64,000 bases of DNA from Candidatus Eiseniibacteriota bacterium (GTDB lineage: Bacteria > Eisenbacteria > RBG-16-71-46), in NCBI GenBank assembly GCA_031366795.1, contig JANLOX010000259.1, forward strand, positions 22,613-86,612, written 5' to 3'. Numbering within the stretch: position 1 is the stretch's first letter; every line of letters starts with the position of its first letter. The translations under genes were made by a program, and so were the position numbers. The notes below the pieces were generated by a model. The model was given only the letters and a program-made list of their open reading frames with translations, ran no database searches and was not told the origin of the DNA. Shown here piece by piece: positions 12,385 to 20,864 of the stretch.

Positions 12385-13630
12385 GCTGAGCGAGCGCGAC
12401 CCCGCGCTTTATGCCGCCCTGGTGGGCGAAGCCGAACGCCAGCGCGGCCACCTCGAGTTGATCGCCTCGGAGAACTTCGTCAGCGCCGCGGTGCTGGAAG
12501 CCACAGGCTCGGTGATGACGAACAAGTACGCCGAAGGGCTGCCGGGCAAGCGCTACTACAGCGGTTGCGAATTCGTGGATGTCGCCGAGCGGCTGGCCAT
12601 CGAGCGCTCGCGGCAGTTGTTCGGCGCCGACCACGCCAACGTTCAACCGCACTCGGGCGCCTCCGCGAACCTCGGCGCCTATCTCGCGATCTCGAAGCCG
12701 GGGGACACCCTGCTCGGCATGAACCTCGCGCATGGTGGCCACCTCACGCATGGCCATCCGGTGTCAGTGAGCGGTCAGTTGTGGAAGGCGTTCCAGTATG
12801 GGGTGCGCCCCGAGGACGGACGCATCGACTACGACCAGGTCGCGGCACTGGCGCGCGAGCATCACCCGCGCATTATCATCGCGGGGGCGAGCGCCTACTC
12901 GCGAGTAATCGATTTCGAACGCTTCGGCGACATCGCCCGCGAAACCGGCGCCTCATTGCTCGTCGACATGGCGCACATCGCAGGACTCGTCGCCGCTGGA
13001 TTGCACCCGAGCCCGGTGCCCCATGCCGACGTCGTCACCACCACCACGCACAAGACCCTGCGGGGCCCGCGCGGCGGCATGGTGCTGTGCCGCGCCGCCG
13101 AGGCTGAAAGAATCGACAAGTCGATGTTCCCCGGACTCCAGGGCGGCCCCCTGATGCACGTGATCGCCGCCAAGGCCGTGTGCTTCGGCGAGGCGCTCCG
13201 CCCCGAGTTCCGCGACTACCAGCAACGCATCGTCGACAACGCGCGCGCCCTCGCCGCCGCCCTCACCGGCCACGGCTTCGACTTAGTCTCCGGCGGCACC
13301 GACAATCACATGATGCTGCTCGACCTGCAGAAGCGCGCCCTCACCGGCAAAGTAGCCGAGCAGGCCCTCCAACGCGCCCGCATCACTGTCAACAAAAACG
13401 CCGTCCCCAACGACCCCCAAAAACCATGGGTCACAAGTGGCATCCGATTGGGCACGCCCGCCCTCACAACGAGGGGTTTCACCACGAAGGAGATGGCGCT
13501 CATAGCGGGCTGGATCGCAAGGATTCTGGACTCTCCAGAGGACCAAGTCATTGCCGCCAAGGTCGCCGAAGAGGTCCAAGATCTAGCCATGGCCTTCCCG
13601 CTCTTCGCGTGGGCGCCAGTCCGTACCTAG
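12377..13630 (+). CDS. glyA: Serine hydroxymethyltransferase
   Basis: [36 protein letters not shown] start at 12377 chosen over the upstream ORF start. Confidence 0.97.
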   Translation: MSELSERDPALYAALVGEAERQRGHLELIASENFVSAAVLEATGSVMTNKYAEGLPGKRYYSGCEFVDVAERLAIERSRQLFGADHANVQPHSGASANLGAYLAISKPGDTLLGMNLAHGGHLTHGHPVSVSGQLWKAFQYGVRPEDGRIDYDQVAALAREHHPRIIIAGASAYSRVIDFERFGDIARETGASLLVDMAHIAGLVAAGLHPSPVPHADVVTTTTHKTLRGPRGGMVLCRAAEAERIDKSMFPGLQGGPLMHVIAAKAVCFGEALRPEFRDYQQRIVDNARALAAALTGHGFDLVSGGTDNHMMLLDLQKRALTGKVAEQALQRARITVNKNAVPNDPQKPWVTSGIRLGTPALTTRGFTTKEMALIAGWIARILDSPEDQVIAAKVAEEVQDLAMAFPLFAWAPVRT

Positions 13631-13631
13631 A

Positions 13632-13750
13632 AGGTTGCTCAAAACGCCCGCGTGCAAGGCGGCTGCGGCGCGACGAGTGAGACGTATCGCAGATACGTCG
13701 CAACGAGGAGCACCGCAGCCAACGCAGCAATCGGGTGTTTTCAGCGACCT
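13632..13750. repeat. 119-bp nested palindromic element (MITE/REP-like)
   Basis: Terminal arms AGGTTGCTCAAAACGCCCG (13632-50) and CGGGTGTTTTCAGCGACCT (13732-50) are 16/19 complementary. Inner stems GGCTGCGG/CCGCAGCC and GACGTATC/GATACGTC are perfect. Confidence 0.75.
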
Positions 13751-13887
13751 CAGCTTCCCCGCCGCCGCAGCCATCCGGAGTTGCGCCGCGCCTGACCCCC
13801 CAACGCTTGCCATCCAGCGCCACGCGGGTTACTTCTAGCCCAACCAGCTTAGGCCCACGACTTCCGTAGAAGTAGAAGAGGAAAGCC

Positions 13888-15222
13888 ATGACGGCTCGCA
13901 CCACCCCCGATCGGGACGATCGCCTCACCGCGGAAGAGCTACGCATAGCGTGGCCGCTGCTGGCGGCGGAGGAGCGTGCAGCCAGCTTGCAGACCACTCC
14001 CCGCGACGAGGCGGAGGACGTGTTTCTCGCGGTGCCCGCCTCCGACCAGGCGGGGATCATTCTCGAGTTACCGCTCGAGGAGCGCCGGTCGTGGATGCGC
14101 CTGCTGCCCCCCGATGACGCGGCGGACGTGATCCAGGAGGCGCCGGGGGAGGAACGCGACGGTCTGCTGACACTGCTCGATGACCAGACGCGGCGGGAAG
14201 TGACCGCCCTGCTCGCCTACGCCGAGGATCGCGCCGGCGGCCTGATGAACCCGCGTTACGCGCGCCTGCGGCCCGACATCACGGTGGATGAGGCAATCAG
14301 TTACCTGCGGCGCCAGGCGCGCGATGTGCTCGAATCGATCTACTACGCCTACGCCATCGACGACGACCAGGTGCTTAAAGGTGTGGTGTCGTTCCGCGAG
14401 TTGTTCGCTGCGGACCCCGTGCTACGGGTGCGCGATGTCATGCAGACCGACATGATCGTCGCGCGTGAGGACCAGGACCAGGAAGTGCTGAGCCGGCTGT
14501 TCGACGAGCACAAGTTGATCGCGATTCCGGTCGTGGATGCCGGTGGGCGCATGAAGGGCATCGTCACGGTCGACGACATCGTCGATGTGGTGCGCGAGGA
14601 AACCACCGAGGACATCCAGAAGATCGGTGGTACCGAGGCGCTCGATGCGCCTTACCTTTCCATCGGGCTTCCCGCCATGATCCGCAAGCGCGTCGGCTGG
14701 CTGGCCGCGCTATTCATCAGCGAGATGCTGACCACCACCGCGATGAGCCGGTTCGAGTCGGAGATCTCGCGCGCTGTGGTGCTCGCGGTGTTCGTGCCGC
14801 TGATCATTTCAGGCGGAGGTAATTCCGGCTCCCAGGCGTCCACGCTGGTGATCCGCGCCATGGTGCTCGGCGAGGTGCGCCTGCGCGACTGGTGGCTGGT
14901 GATCCGGCGCGAGATGATCACCGGGTTGTCCATGGGATTGATCCTCGGCGCCATCGCCTTCAGCCGCGTTGAGTTGTGGCAGGTGCTGTTTCATTCCTAT
15001 GGAGTGCACCACCTGCTGGTCGCCTCCACGATCGCGGGCAGCGTGATCGGCGTCGTGACCTGGGGGAGCCTTTCGGGGTCGATGTTGCCGTTCCTGCTGC
15101 GGCGGTTCGGCCTCGATCCGGCAACCGCTTCCGCGCCGTTCGTCGCCACGCTGGTGGACGTGACCGGTATCGTCATTTATTTCACGGTGGCAAGTGTCAT
15201 CCTGCGCGGAACGCTGCTATAG
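13888..15222 (+). CDS. mgtE: Magnesium transporter MgtE
   Basis: N-domain, CBS pair (AGGLM, GIVTVDDIVD), TM motifs GGNSGSQ and DPATASAPFVATLVDVTG. Confidence 0.95.
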   Translation: MTARTTPDRDDRLTAEELRIAWPLLAAEERAASLQTTPRDEAEDVFLAVPASDQAGIILELPLEERRSWMRLLPPDDAADVIQEAPGEERDGLLTLLDDQTRREVTALLAYAEDRAGGLMNPRYARLRPDITVDEAISYLRRQARDVLESIYYAYAIDDDQVLKGVVSFRELFAADPVLRVRDVMQTDMIVAREDQDQEVLSRLFDEHKLIAIPVVDAGGRMKGIVTVDDIVDVVREETTEDIQKIGGTEALDAPYLSIGLPAMIRKRVGWLAALFISEMLTTTAMSRFESEISRAVVLAVFVPLIISGGGNSGSQASTLVIRAMVLGEVRLRDWWLVIRREMITGLSMGLILGAIAFSRVELWQVLFHSYGVHHLLVASTIAGSVIGVVTWGSLSGSMLPFLLRRFGLDPATASAPFVATLVDVTGIVIYFTVASVILRGTLL

Positions 15223-15283
15223 CGCGGTCCGTCCTGCCGCGGTCTGCTGAAGGACCGCCGGCTTCACGAGGGAAGGAGAGATC

Positions 15284-16270
15284 ATGACAGTAGACACACG
15301 CTCCGCGGCGCTGCGGATCGAACGCGCCGGTGCCACGCTGTCGCGGGTGCGCACCGAGGTCGGTCGCGCGGTGGTGGGCCAGCAGGCGATGATCGACCGG
15401 CTGCTCGTCGGCTTGCTCACGGGTGGCCACGTACTGCTCGAGGGCGTTCCCGGCCTGGCCAAGACGCTCGCGGTCAAGAGCCTGTCCGACTCGTTGTCGC
15501 TCAAGTTCCGCCGCATCCAGTTCACGCCGGACCTGCTGCCCGCCGATTTGACCGGCACCATGATCTACAACCCGCGCGAGGGCACGTTCAGCGCCAAGCG
15601 CGGTCCGGTGTTCTCGAACCTTGTGCTGGCCGATGAGATCAATCGCGCCCCGGCCAAAGTGCAGTCGGCGTTGCTCGAAGCGATGCAGGAGAAGCAGGTC
15701 ACTTTGGGTGATGAGAGCCACAAACTCGAGGAGCCGTTCCTCGTGCTCGCCACCCAGAACCCGATCGAGCAGGAAGGCACGTATCCGCTACCGGAAGCGC
15801 AGAGCGACCGCTTCATGCTCAAGGTGAAGGTTGGCTACCCCGAGAAGGCCGAGGAGAAGGAGATCCTGCGTCGCGCGGGGTTGGCGACGCTGCCTTCATT
15901 GACGCCGCAGGCCACGAAGGAAGACGTGATGGAAGCGCGCGCCGCGCTCGGCGACATCTACGTGGACGAGAAAATCCAGGACTACGTGATCGACCTCGTC
16001 TCGGCGACGCGTGACCCGAAGGCCTATGGTCTTCAGCTCGAGTCGCTGATCACGTTCGGGGCGAGCCCGCGGGCGACGCTGTTCCTGGTGCGCGGCGCCC
16101 AGGCCATCGCCCTGATGGATGGGCGCGCCTATGTCGTGCCCGAGGATGTGCACCGCATCGCGCTCGACGTACTGCGTCATCGCATCCACGTGTCGTATGA
16201 AGCCGAAGCGGAAGGCATCGACGGCGAGGAGATCGCGCGCCGGCTGCTCGAGCAGGTGCGCGTTCCCTGA
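15284..16270 (+). CDS. moxR: MoxR-family AAA+ ATPase
   Basis: LEGVPGLAKT, RIQFTPDLLPAD, LADEINRAPAKVQSALLEAM, ATQNPIEQEGTYPLPEAQ. Confidence 0.95.
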   Translation: MTVDTRSAALRIERAGATLSRVRTEVGRAVVGQQAMIDRLLVGLLTGGHVLLEGVPGLAKTLAVKSLSDSLSLKFRRIQFTPDLLPADLTGTMIYNPREGTFSAKRGPVFSNLVLADEINRAPAKVQSALLEAMQEKQVTLGDESHKLEEPFLVLATQNPIEQEGTYPLPEAQSDRFMLKVKVGYPEKAEEKEILRRAGLATLPSLTPQATKEDVMEARAALGDIYVDEKIQDYVIDLVSATRDPKAYGLQLESLITFGASPRATLFLVRGAQAIALMDGRAYVVPEDVHRIALDVLRHRIHVSYEAEAEGIDGEEIARRLLEQVRVP

Positions 16271-17151
16271 TGCAGACGACGGACCTGCTGGGAAAGGTAC
16301 GGCGGCTCGAGATCCGCAGCCGGCACCTCGTCGAAGACCTGTTCGCGGGTCGTTCGTCGAGCGTGTTCAAGGGCCGCGGCGTCGAGTTCGAGGAAGTGCG
16401 CCCGTATGTCCCCGGTGACGAGGTGCGCGACATCGACTGGAACGTCACCGCACGCCTGGGTGAACCCTATATCAAGCGGTTCGTCGAGGAGCGCGAGCTC
16501 ACGGTGACGCTGGTGGTCGACGTGTCGCGTTCCATGCGCTTCGGCACCGCCGGCTCCGAGAAGCGCGAGCTCGCAGCGGAATTGGTCGCGGTGCTGGGTT
16601 TCGCGGCCATCAGCAACAATGACCGCGTGGGGCTGGTGCTCGCCAGCGATCGCATAGAGCATTACGTGCCACCCGCGCGCGGGCGGACGCACCTGCTGCG
16701 CATGCTGCGTGACGTGCTGGGGACGCAGCCGGAGGGCCGCGCCACGCGACTGGGCGAGGCCGCGCATTTCCTGGCGCGGGTGGCCAAGCGTCGCAGCCTC
16801 GTGTTCTGGATCTCGGATTTCGAAGCCGATGTCGACTCGCGCGACTGGCGCACGCTGGGCAAGCGTCATGAACTCACCGCACTGCTGTTGCGCGACCCGC
16901 GCGATGAAACGCTGCCCGCGGCGGGATGGGTCGAACTGGAAGATCTCGAGAGTGGCTCGCGGCGCCTCGTCAACACGTCCAACCGTTCGGTGCGTGAATC
17001 CTACGCGCGCGAAAGCGCGGAACGCCGAGCCAGACTCGCGGCGTCCCTGCGTGAGGCGCGTTGCCCTGTGCTGGAGATCCGTACCGACCGTTCCTACTTG
17101 CCCGTGCTGATCCAGTACTTTTCGGCGCGCGGCAGGCGCGGGGTCGCGTGA
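16270..17151 (+). CDS. DUF58 domain protein
   Basis: GRGVEFEEVRPYVPGDEVRDIDWNVTAR, DVSRSM, ISDF; follows moxR. Confidence 0.92.
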   Translation: MQTTDLLGKVRRLEIRSRHLVEDLFAGRSSSVFKGRGVEFEEVRPYVPGDEVRDIDWNVTARLGEPYIKRFVEERELTVTLVVDVSRSMRFGTAGSEKRELAAELVAVLGFAAISNNDRVGLVLASDRIEHYVPPARGRTHLLRMLRDVLGTQPEGRATRLGEAAHFLARVAKRRSLVFWISDFEADVDSRDWRTLGKRHELTALLLRDPRDETLPAAGWVELEDLESGSRRLVNTSNRSVRESYARESAERRARLAASLREARCPVLEIRTDRSYLPVLIQYFSARGRRGVA

Positions 17152-18101
17152 CTCGAGTAGTCCGCATGAGGCTGGCGTTGGGGTTCGCGCTGCTGGGCGC
17201 GACGCTGGCGTTGGCGCCTGCGCGCGCGGCGGACCTCAATGTCGGCTCCAGTGTGTCCCCGGCATATGTGCACATCGGGGAGACCGCGAATCTTTCGGCG
17301 TTCGTGGAACTGCCGCCGGGGGCCCCGATGCAGCCGAAGTGGCTGCCCCCGGATTCCTCGATGGCGCTGACGTGGGGGCTGCTGCGTCCTTCGCGACGCC
17401 CGACGCGCACGGGCACCGGCGATACGTTGTTCATCGAGGCCACCGTGCAGGCGTTCCAGTTGGGCAATGTCGTGATTCCGGGGATGTCGTTCATTGACGC
17501 CTCGAAGCCGGGTTCCCCGCCCATGCGGTTGCCCGCCGTGCGGCTGACGGTGTTGCCCATGATCCCCGCCACCGACTCCGCGGCCGACTTGAAGCCGGTG
17601 CGCGGTCCCCTCAAGGCGCCGTGGTGGGAAGTCGTGCCGTGGGGCTGGGTGATCGCCATCGGACTGTTTGCGGGACTGCTCGCCTGGCTCGTGGTGTGGT
17701 TGCGCCGGCGCCCGTCCGCCTCGGTGACGGCCGTGGTGCCGTTCCTCGATCCCACTGAGGTTGCGCTCACGCGGCTCGCCGAGTTGCGCGCGCGCAATCT
17801 GCCCGACACGGGGCAATTCGGCGCGCATGCCTTCGAATTAACGGTCATCCTGCGGCGCTTCCTCGAGGCGACGGCAGTGCGACTGCGTCCTGGCTACACG
17901 ACCTCCGACCTGACGCGGCGGCTGGAAGAAGCGTCCGTGCCCGCGGGCGAAGCGATGGTTCTCGTGAGCCTGCTGCGCGTATGGGATCGCGTGAAGTTCG
18001 GGCGCGCGCCGTTCACCATGGATGAGGCGCGCCGTTCGGAAGACGCGGTTGAGCAGTTCGTGCGGCGCCGCAAGCAGCTGGATGGGAAGGAGGCCGCCTG
18101 A
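17148..18101 (+). CDS. Exported, membrane-anchored protein of the Bat/MoxR cluster
   Basis: Signal peptide ending ARA, beta-rich domain, one TM, cytoplasmic LRRFLE..TTSD..DRVKF motif typical of this position. Start is GTG 17148 or ATG 17166. Confidence 0.7.
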   Translation: MTRVVRMRLALGFALLGATLALAPARAADLNVGSSVSPAYVHIGETANLSAFVELPPGAPMQPKWLPPDSSMALTWGLLRPSRRPTRTGTGDTLFIEATVQAFQLGNVVIPGMSFIDASKPGSPPMRLPAVRLTVLPMIPATDSAADLKPVRGPLKAPWWEVVPWGWVIAIGLFAGLLAWLVVWLRRRPSASVTAVVPFLDPTEVALTRLAELRARNLPDTGQFGAHAFELTVILRRFLEATAVRLRPGYTTSDLTRRLEEASVPAGEAMVLVSLLRVWDRVKFGRAPFTMDEARRSEDAVEQFVRRRKQLDGKEAA

Positions 18102-19078
18102 TGCGCTTCGAGGCGCCCGCGTTCCTGTTGCTGCTGCTGGTGGTGCCACTGCTGTTGTGGCGCGTGGGCAGCTCCTCCGCGCGCAGGCCCGCCGTGCTGT
18201 GGGGGCGCAACGCGCAGGGCTGGGGGCTGGGCGCGGGTTGGCTGCTGCGGCTGCTCGAGATCCTCCCGTGGCTTGCATTGGTCGCCGGCATCATCGCGTT
18301 GGCGCGGCCGCAGCAGGGCGTGCGGCTCAGCGAGACCGAGACGCGCGGCGTGGACATCGTGCTCGCCATCGATATCTCACCCAGCATGATGGCAGAGGAC
18401 TTCCAGCCCGATAATCGCCTGGCTGTCGCCAAGAGCACTGCGCGCACGTTCATCGCGGGGCGTCCGCATGACCGGCTGGGGCTGGTGGGCTTCGCGGCGA
18501 CGGCCTTCAACCAGTGCCCACTCACGCTTGATCATGAGGCATTGGTCGAGTTGCTCGATGGGCTTGATTTTGGGCTCGCCGAGGACGGCACGGCGATCGG
18601 CATGGGACTCGCGACGTCCGTAGCGAGCCTGCGCAGCAGCAAGACCCCGAGCAAGGTGGTCGTGCTGCTGACCGACGGTGAGAACAATCGTGGCGCCATC
18701 GATCCGCTGACCGGCGCCGACCTGGCGCGAGCCTACGGGGTGAAGGTGTACACGGTGCTGGTGGGCCGCGGCGGTGTCGTGCCGGTTCCGGTCGATGACC
18801 CGCTGCTCGGGCGGCGCACCGAAATGGTGCGCATGGATGTCGATGAGGGTACGCTGCGGGAAATCGCGAAGCGCACCGGTGGGCGGTTCTACCGCGCCAC
18901 GGAGTCCGCGGCGCTGGCGGGGATCTACGCGCAGATCGACCGGTTGGAGCGCGCCCCAATCAAGGCGGTGACGTACCGTGAATTCTTCGATCTCGGTCCC
19001 ATGCTGCTGGGGTTTGCCGTGTTGCTCATGGTGTTCTACTTATTGAGCCGCTCGACGTGGGGATTGACCTCGCCATGA
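18101..19078 (+). CDS. batA: BatA-like VWA domain protein
   Basis: MRFEAP N-terminus, ALARPQ, MIDAS DISPSM, GTAIG, LLTDGENN, C-terminal TM. Confidence 0.85.
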   Translation: MRFEAPAFLLLLLVVPLLLWRVGSSSARRPAVLWGRNAQGWGLGAGWLLRLLEILPWLALVAGIIALARPQQGVRLSETETRGVDIVLAIDISPSMMAEDFQPDNRLAVAKSTARTFIAGRPHDRLGLVGFAATAFNQCPLTLDHEALVELLDGLDFGLAEDGTAIGMGLATSVASLRSSKTPSKVVVLLTDGENNRGAIDPLTGADLARAYGVKVYTVLVGRGGVVPVPVDDPLLGRRTEMVRMDVDEGTLREIAKRTGGRFYRATESAALAGIYAQIDRLERAPIKAVTYREFFDLGPMLLGFAVLLMVFYLLSRSTWGLTSP

Positions 19079-19130
19079 ACTTGCCCGTGAACATACAGCG
19101 CAGCGGACGCACTTGCCGGAGGCGCGCGTG

Positions 19131-20864
19131 GTGAGTTTTTCGGATCCGCGCTGGCTGGCTGCGCTGTGGGCGCTGCCGCTGGTGGTGCTGTCCGAGTGGT
19201 GGGCTGGCCGCCGGGTGCGCCGGCGCCTGGGGCTGCTGGTGGGTGAGCGCCCCGCGCACGCGCTGCTCGAGGGCCGCCTCGATCACGAGCGGTTGATCGG
19301 CGCCGCGCTGCGCATTCTCGCACTCGCGACCTTCATGATCGGGGCCGCCGGCCCCGAATGGGGACGCGAGGTCGTGCGCCGCGGCAGCACCGGTTCCGAT
19401 GTGGTGTTGTTGATGGACGTCTCGGCGAGCATGGATACGCGGGACGTTCCCCCGAGCCGTATCGATGAAGCGCGCCGCGAGGCCCTGGCCGCACTCGACC
19501 GGCTCTCGGGCAGCCGCGTCGGCGTGGTGGCCTTCGCCGGGGATGCGGTACGGCTGTGTCCGTTGACGCTGGACGTGCCGGCGGCGCGGCTTGTCGTGGA
19601 GTCCATGTCGACGGGTTCTTTGAGCACACCGGGAACGGATCTCGCCAAGGGCTTGCGCATGGCGCTCAAAGTGATGCCACAAGGGCGGCGCGAGGAGCAG
19701 GCGATCGTGGTATGGACAGACGGTGAGGATCTCGAGGCGGGCGCCCGCACGGCAATCGACGAAGTCGCCACGACCGGGATCCGCGTATTCGCGGTGGGCG
19801 TCGGCACGCGCGAGGGTGATGTGGTCCCCCTACTCGATGGCGGGGGCCGCGTGACCGACGTGAAGCGCGACGAGAAGGGCAATGCCGTGCGCAGCCGGCT
19901 CGACGAGGGGCTGCTGCGCACCCTCGCGCAACGCACGCACGGGGCATTTTTCGCGGCGAATAGGCCGGGCGGCGAATTGGGCCGGCTACTGGGCGCGATC
20001 GACAACCTCGCGCGCAGCAGCCGCAAGCAGCGCCTGGTCGAGCGCCCCGTGCCGCGCTTCCCATGGTTCGCGCTGCTGGGTCTGCTGCTGCTGGCCGCCG
20101 ATCGCGCGCGCCCCAAGCGCCGGCGCGAGCGATCAGGACCGGCGGTGCCGATGAGCGATGGGCGCAAGTCCGCGGCCGCGGTACTGCTGGTGCTGCTGCT
20201 GTTGTTGCCTGGCGCTGCGCGCGCGCAGTCGGCCTGGGCTCGCGGGGATCGCGCCTTCGCCAAGGGCCGCTTCGGCGCCGCGGAGTCCTTGTATGCGAAA
20301 CGGCTCAAGCGTGGCGCCAATGACGAAGTGCGCGTCAATCGTGCCACGGCCGCGGGGCTCGCGGGGCGTGCCGCGGATGCCGAGCGCGAACTCGAGCTGC
20401 TCTCGAAGGCGCCAGGCCGCGCGGGCGAGGCCGCGCGCTACAATACCGGCACGCTGAAGGCGGAACGCCGCGCTGACGAGGATGCGCTGGCAGCACTGCG
20501 CCGCGCGCTCGAGGCGAACCCGAAGGACGCGGACGCGCGCTGGAATTACGAAGTCGTGGCCAAGCGCATCGACGAGCAACGCCGCAAGGACGAACAGAAG
20601 AAGCCCGACAACTCGGGCGGCGGTGGCAACGAGCCGCAGCCCTCACAGCCGAAGCAGCAGCCGCAGGGGCAACAGCCGCAGCCTGCTCCCAAGGCGCCAG
20701 CGCAGCAGGGACCGAACCCGCAGAACCAGAACGCGCAGGGTGGGGGCATGACGAAGGAGCAGGCGGACCGGTTGCTCAACGCCCTGCAAGACCTGTCACG
20801 CTCCGTGCAGCAGAAGCGCCAGACGGTGCGCGCGGCAGGCGAGCGCAAGGGCAAGGACTGGTGA
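19131..20864 (+). CDS. BatB-like VWA protein fused to a BatC-like TPR/Gln-rich domain
   Basis: DVSASM MIDAS, TDGED, TM pair, TPR-like YN.G / DARWNYE segment, Q/P-rich linker, terminal KDW; GGAGG SD upstream. Confidence 0.8.
   Translation: MSFSDPRWLAALWALPLVVLSEWWAGRRVRRRLGLLVGERPAHALLEGRLDHERLIGAALRILALATFMIGAAGPEWGREVVRRGSTGSDVVLLMDVSASMDTRDVPPSRIDEARREALAALDRLSGSRVGVVAFAGDAVRLCPLTLDVPAARLVVESMSTGSLSTPGTDLAKGLRMALKVMPQGRREEQAIVVWTDGEDLEAGARTAIDEVATTGIRVFAVGVGTREGDVVPLLDGGGRVTDVKRDEKGNAVRSRLDEGLLRTLAQRTHGAFFAANRPGGELGRLLGAIDNLARSSRKQRLVERPVPRFPWFALLGLLLLAADRARPKRRRERSGPAVPMSDGRKSAAAVLLVLLLLLPGAARAQSAWARGDRAFAKGRFGAAESLYAKRLKRGANDEVRVNRATAAGLAGRAADAERELELLSKAPGRAGEAARYNTGTLKAERRADEDALAALRRALEANPKDADARWNYEVVAKRIDEQRRKDEQKKPDNSGGGGNEPQPSQPKQQPQGQQPQPAPKAPAQQGPNPQNQNAQGGGMTKEQADRLLNALQDLSRSVQQKRQTVRAAGERKGKDW

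Noticed and set aside
13631..13887. M-box (ykoK) magnesium riboswitch upstream of mgtE
   Set aside because: I could not recognise M-box conserved segments, and the structure is a simple nested palindrome. An Rfam scan would settle it.
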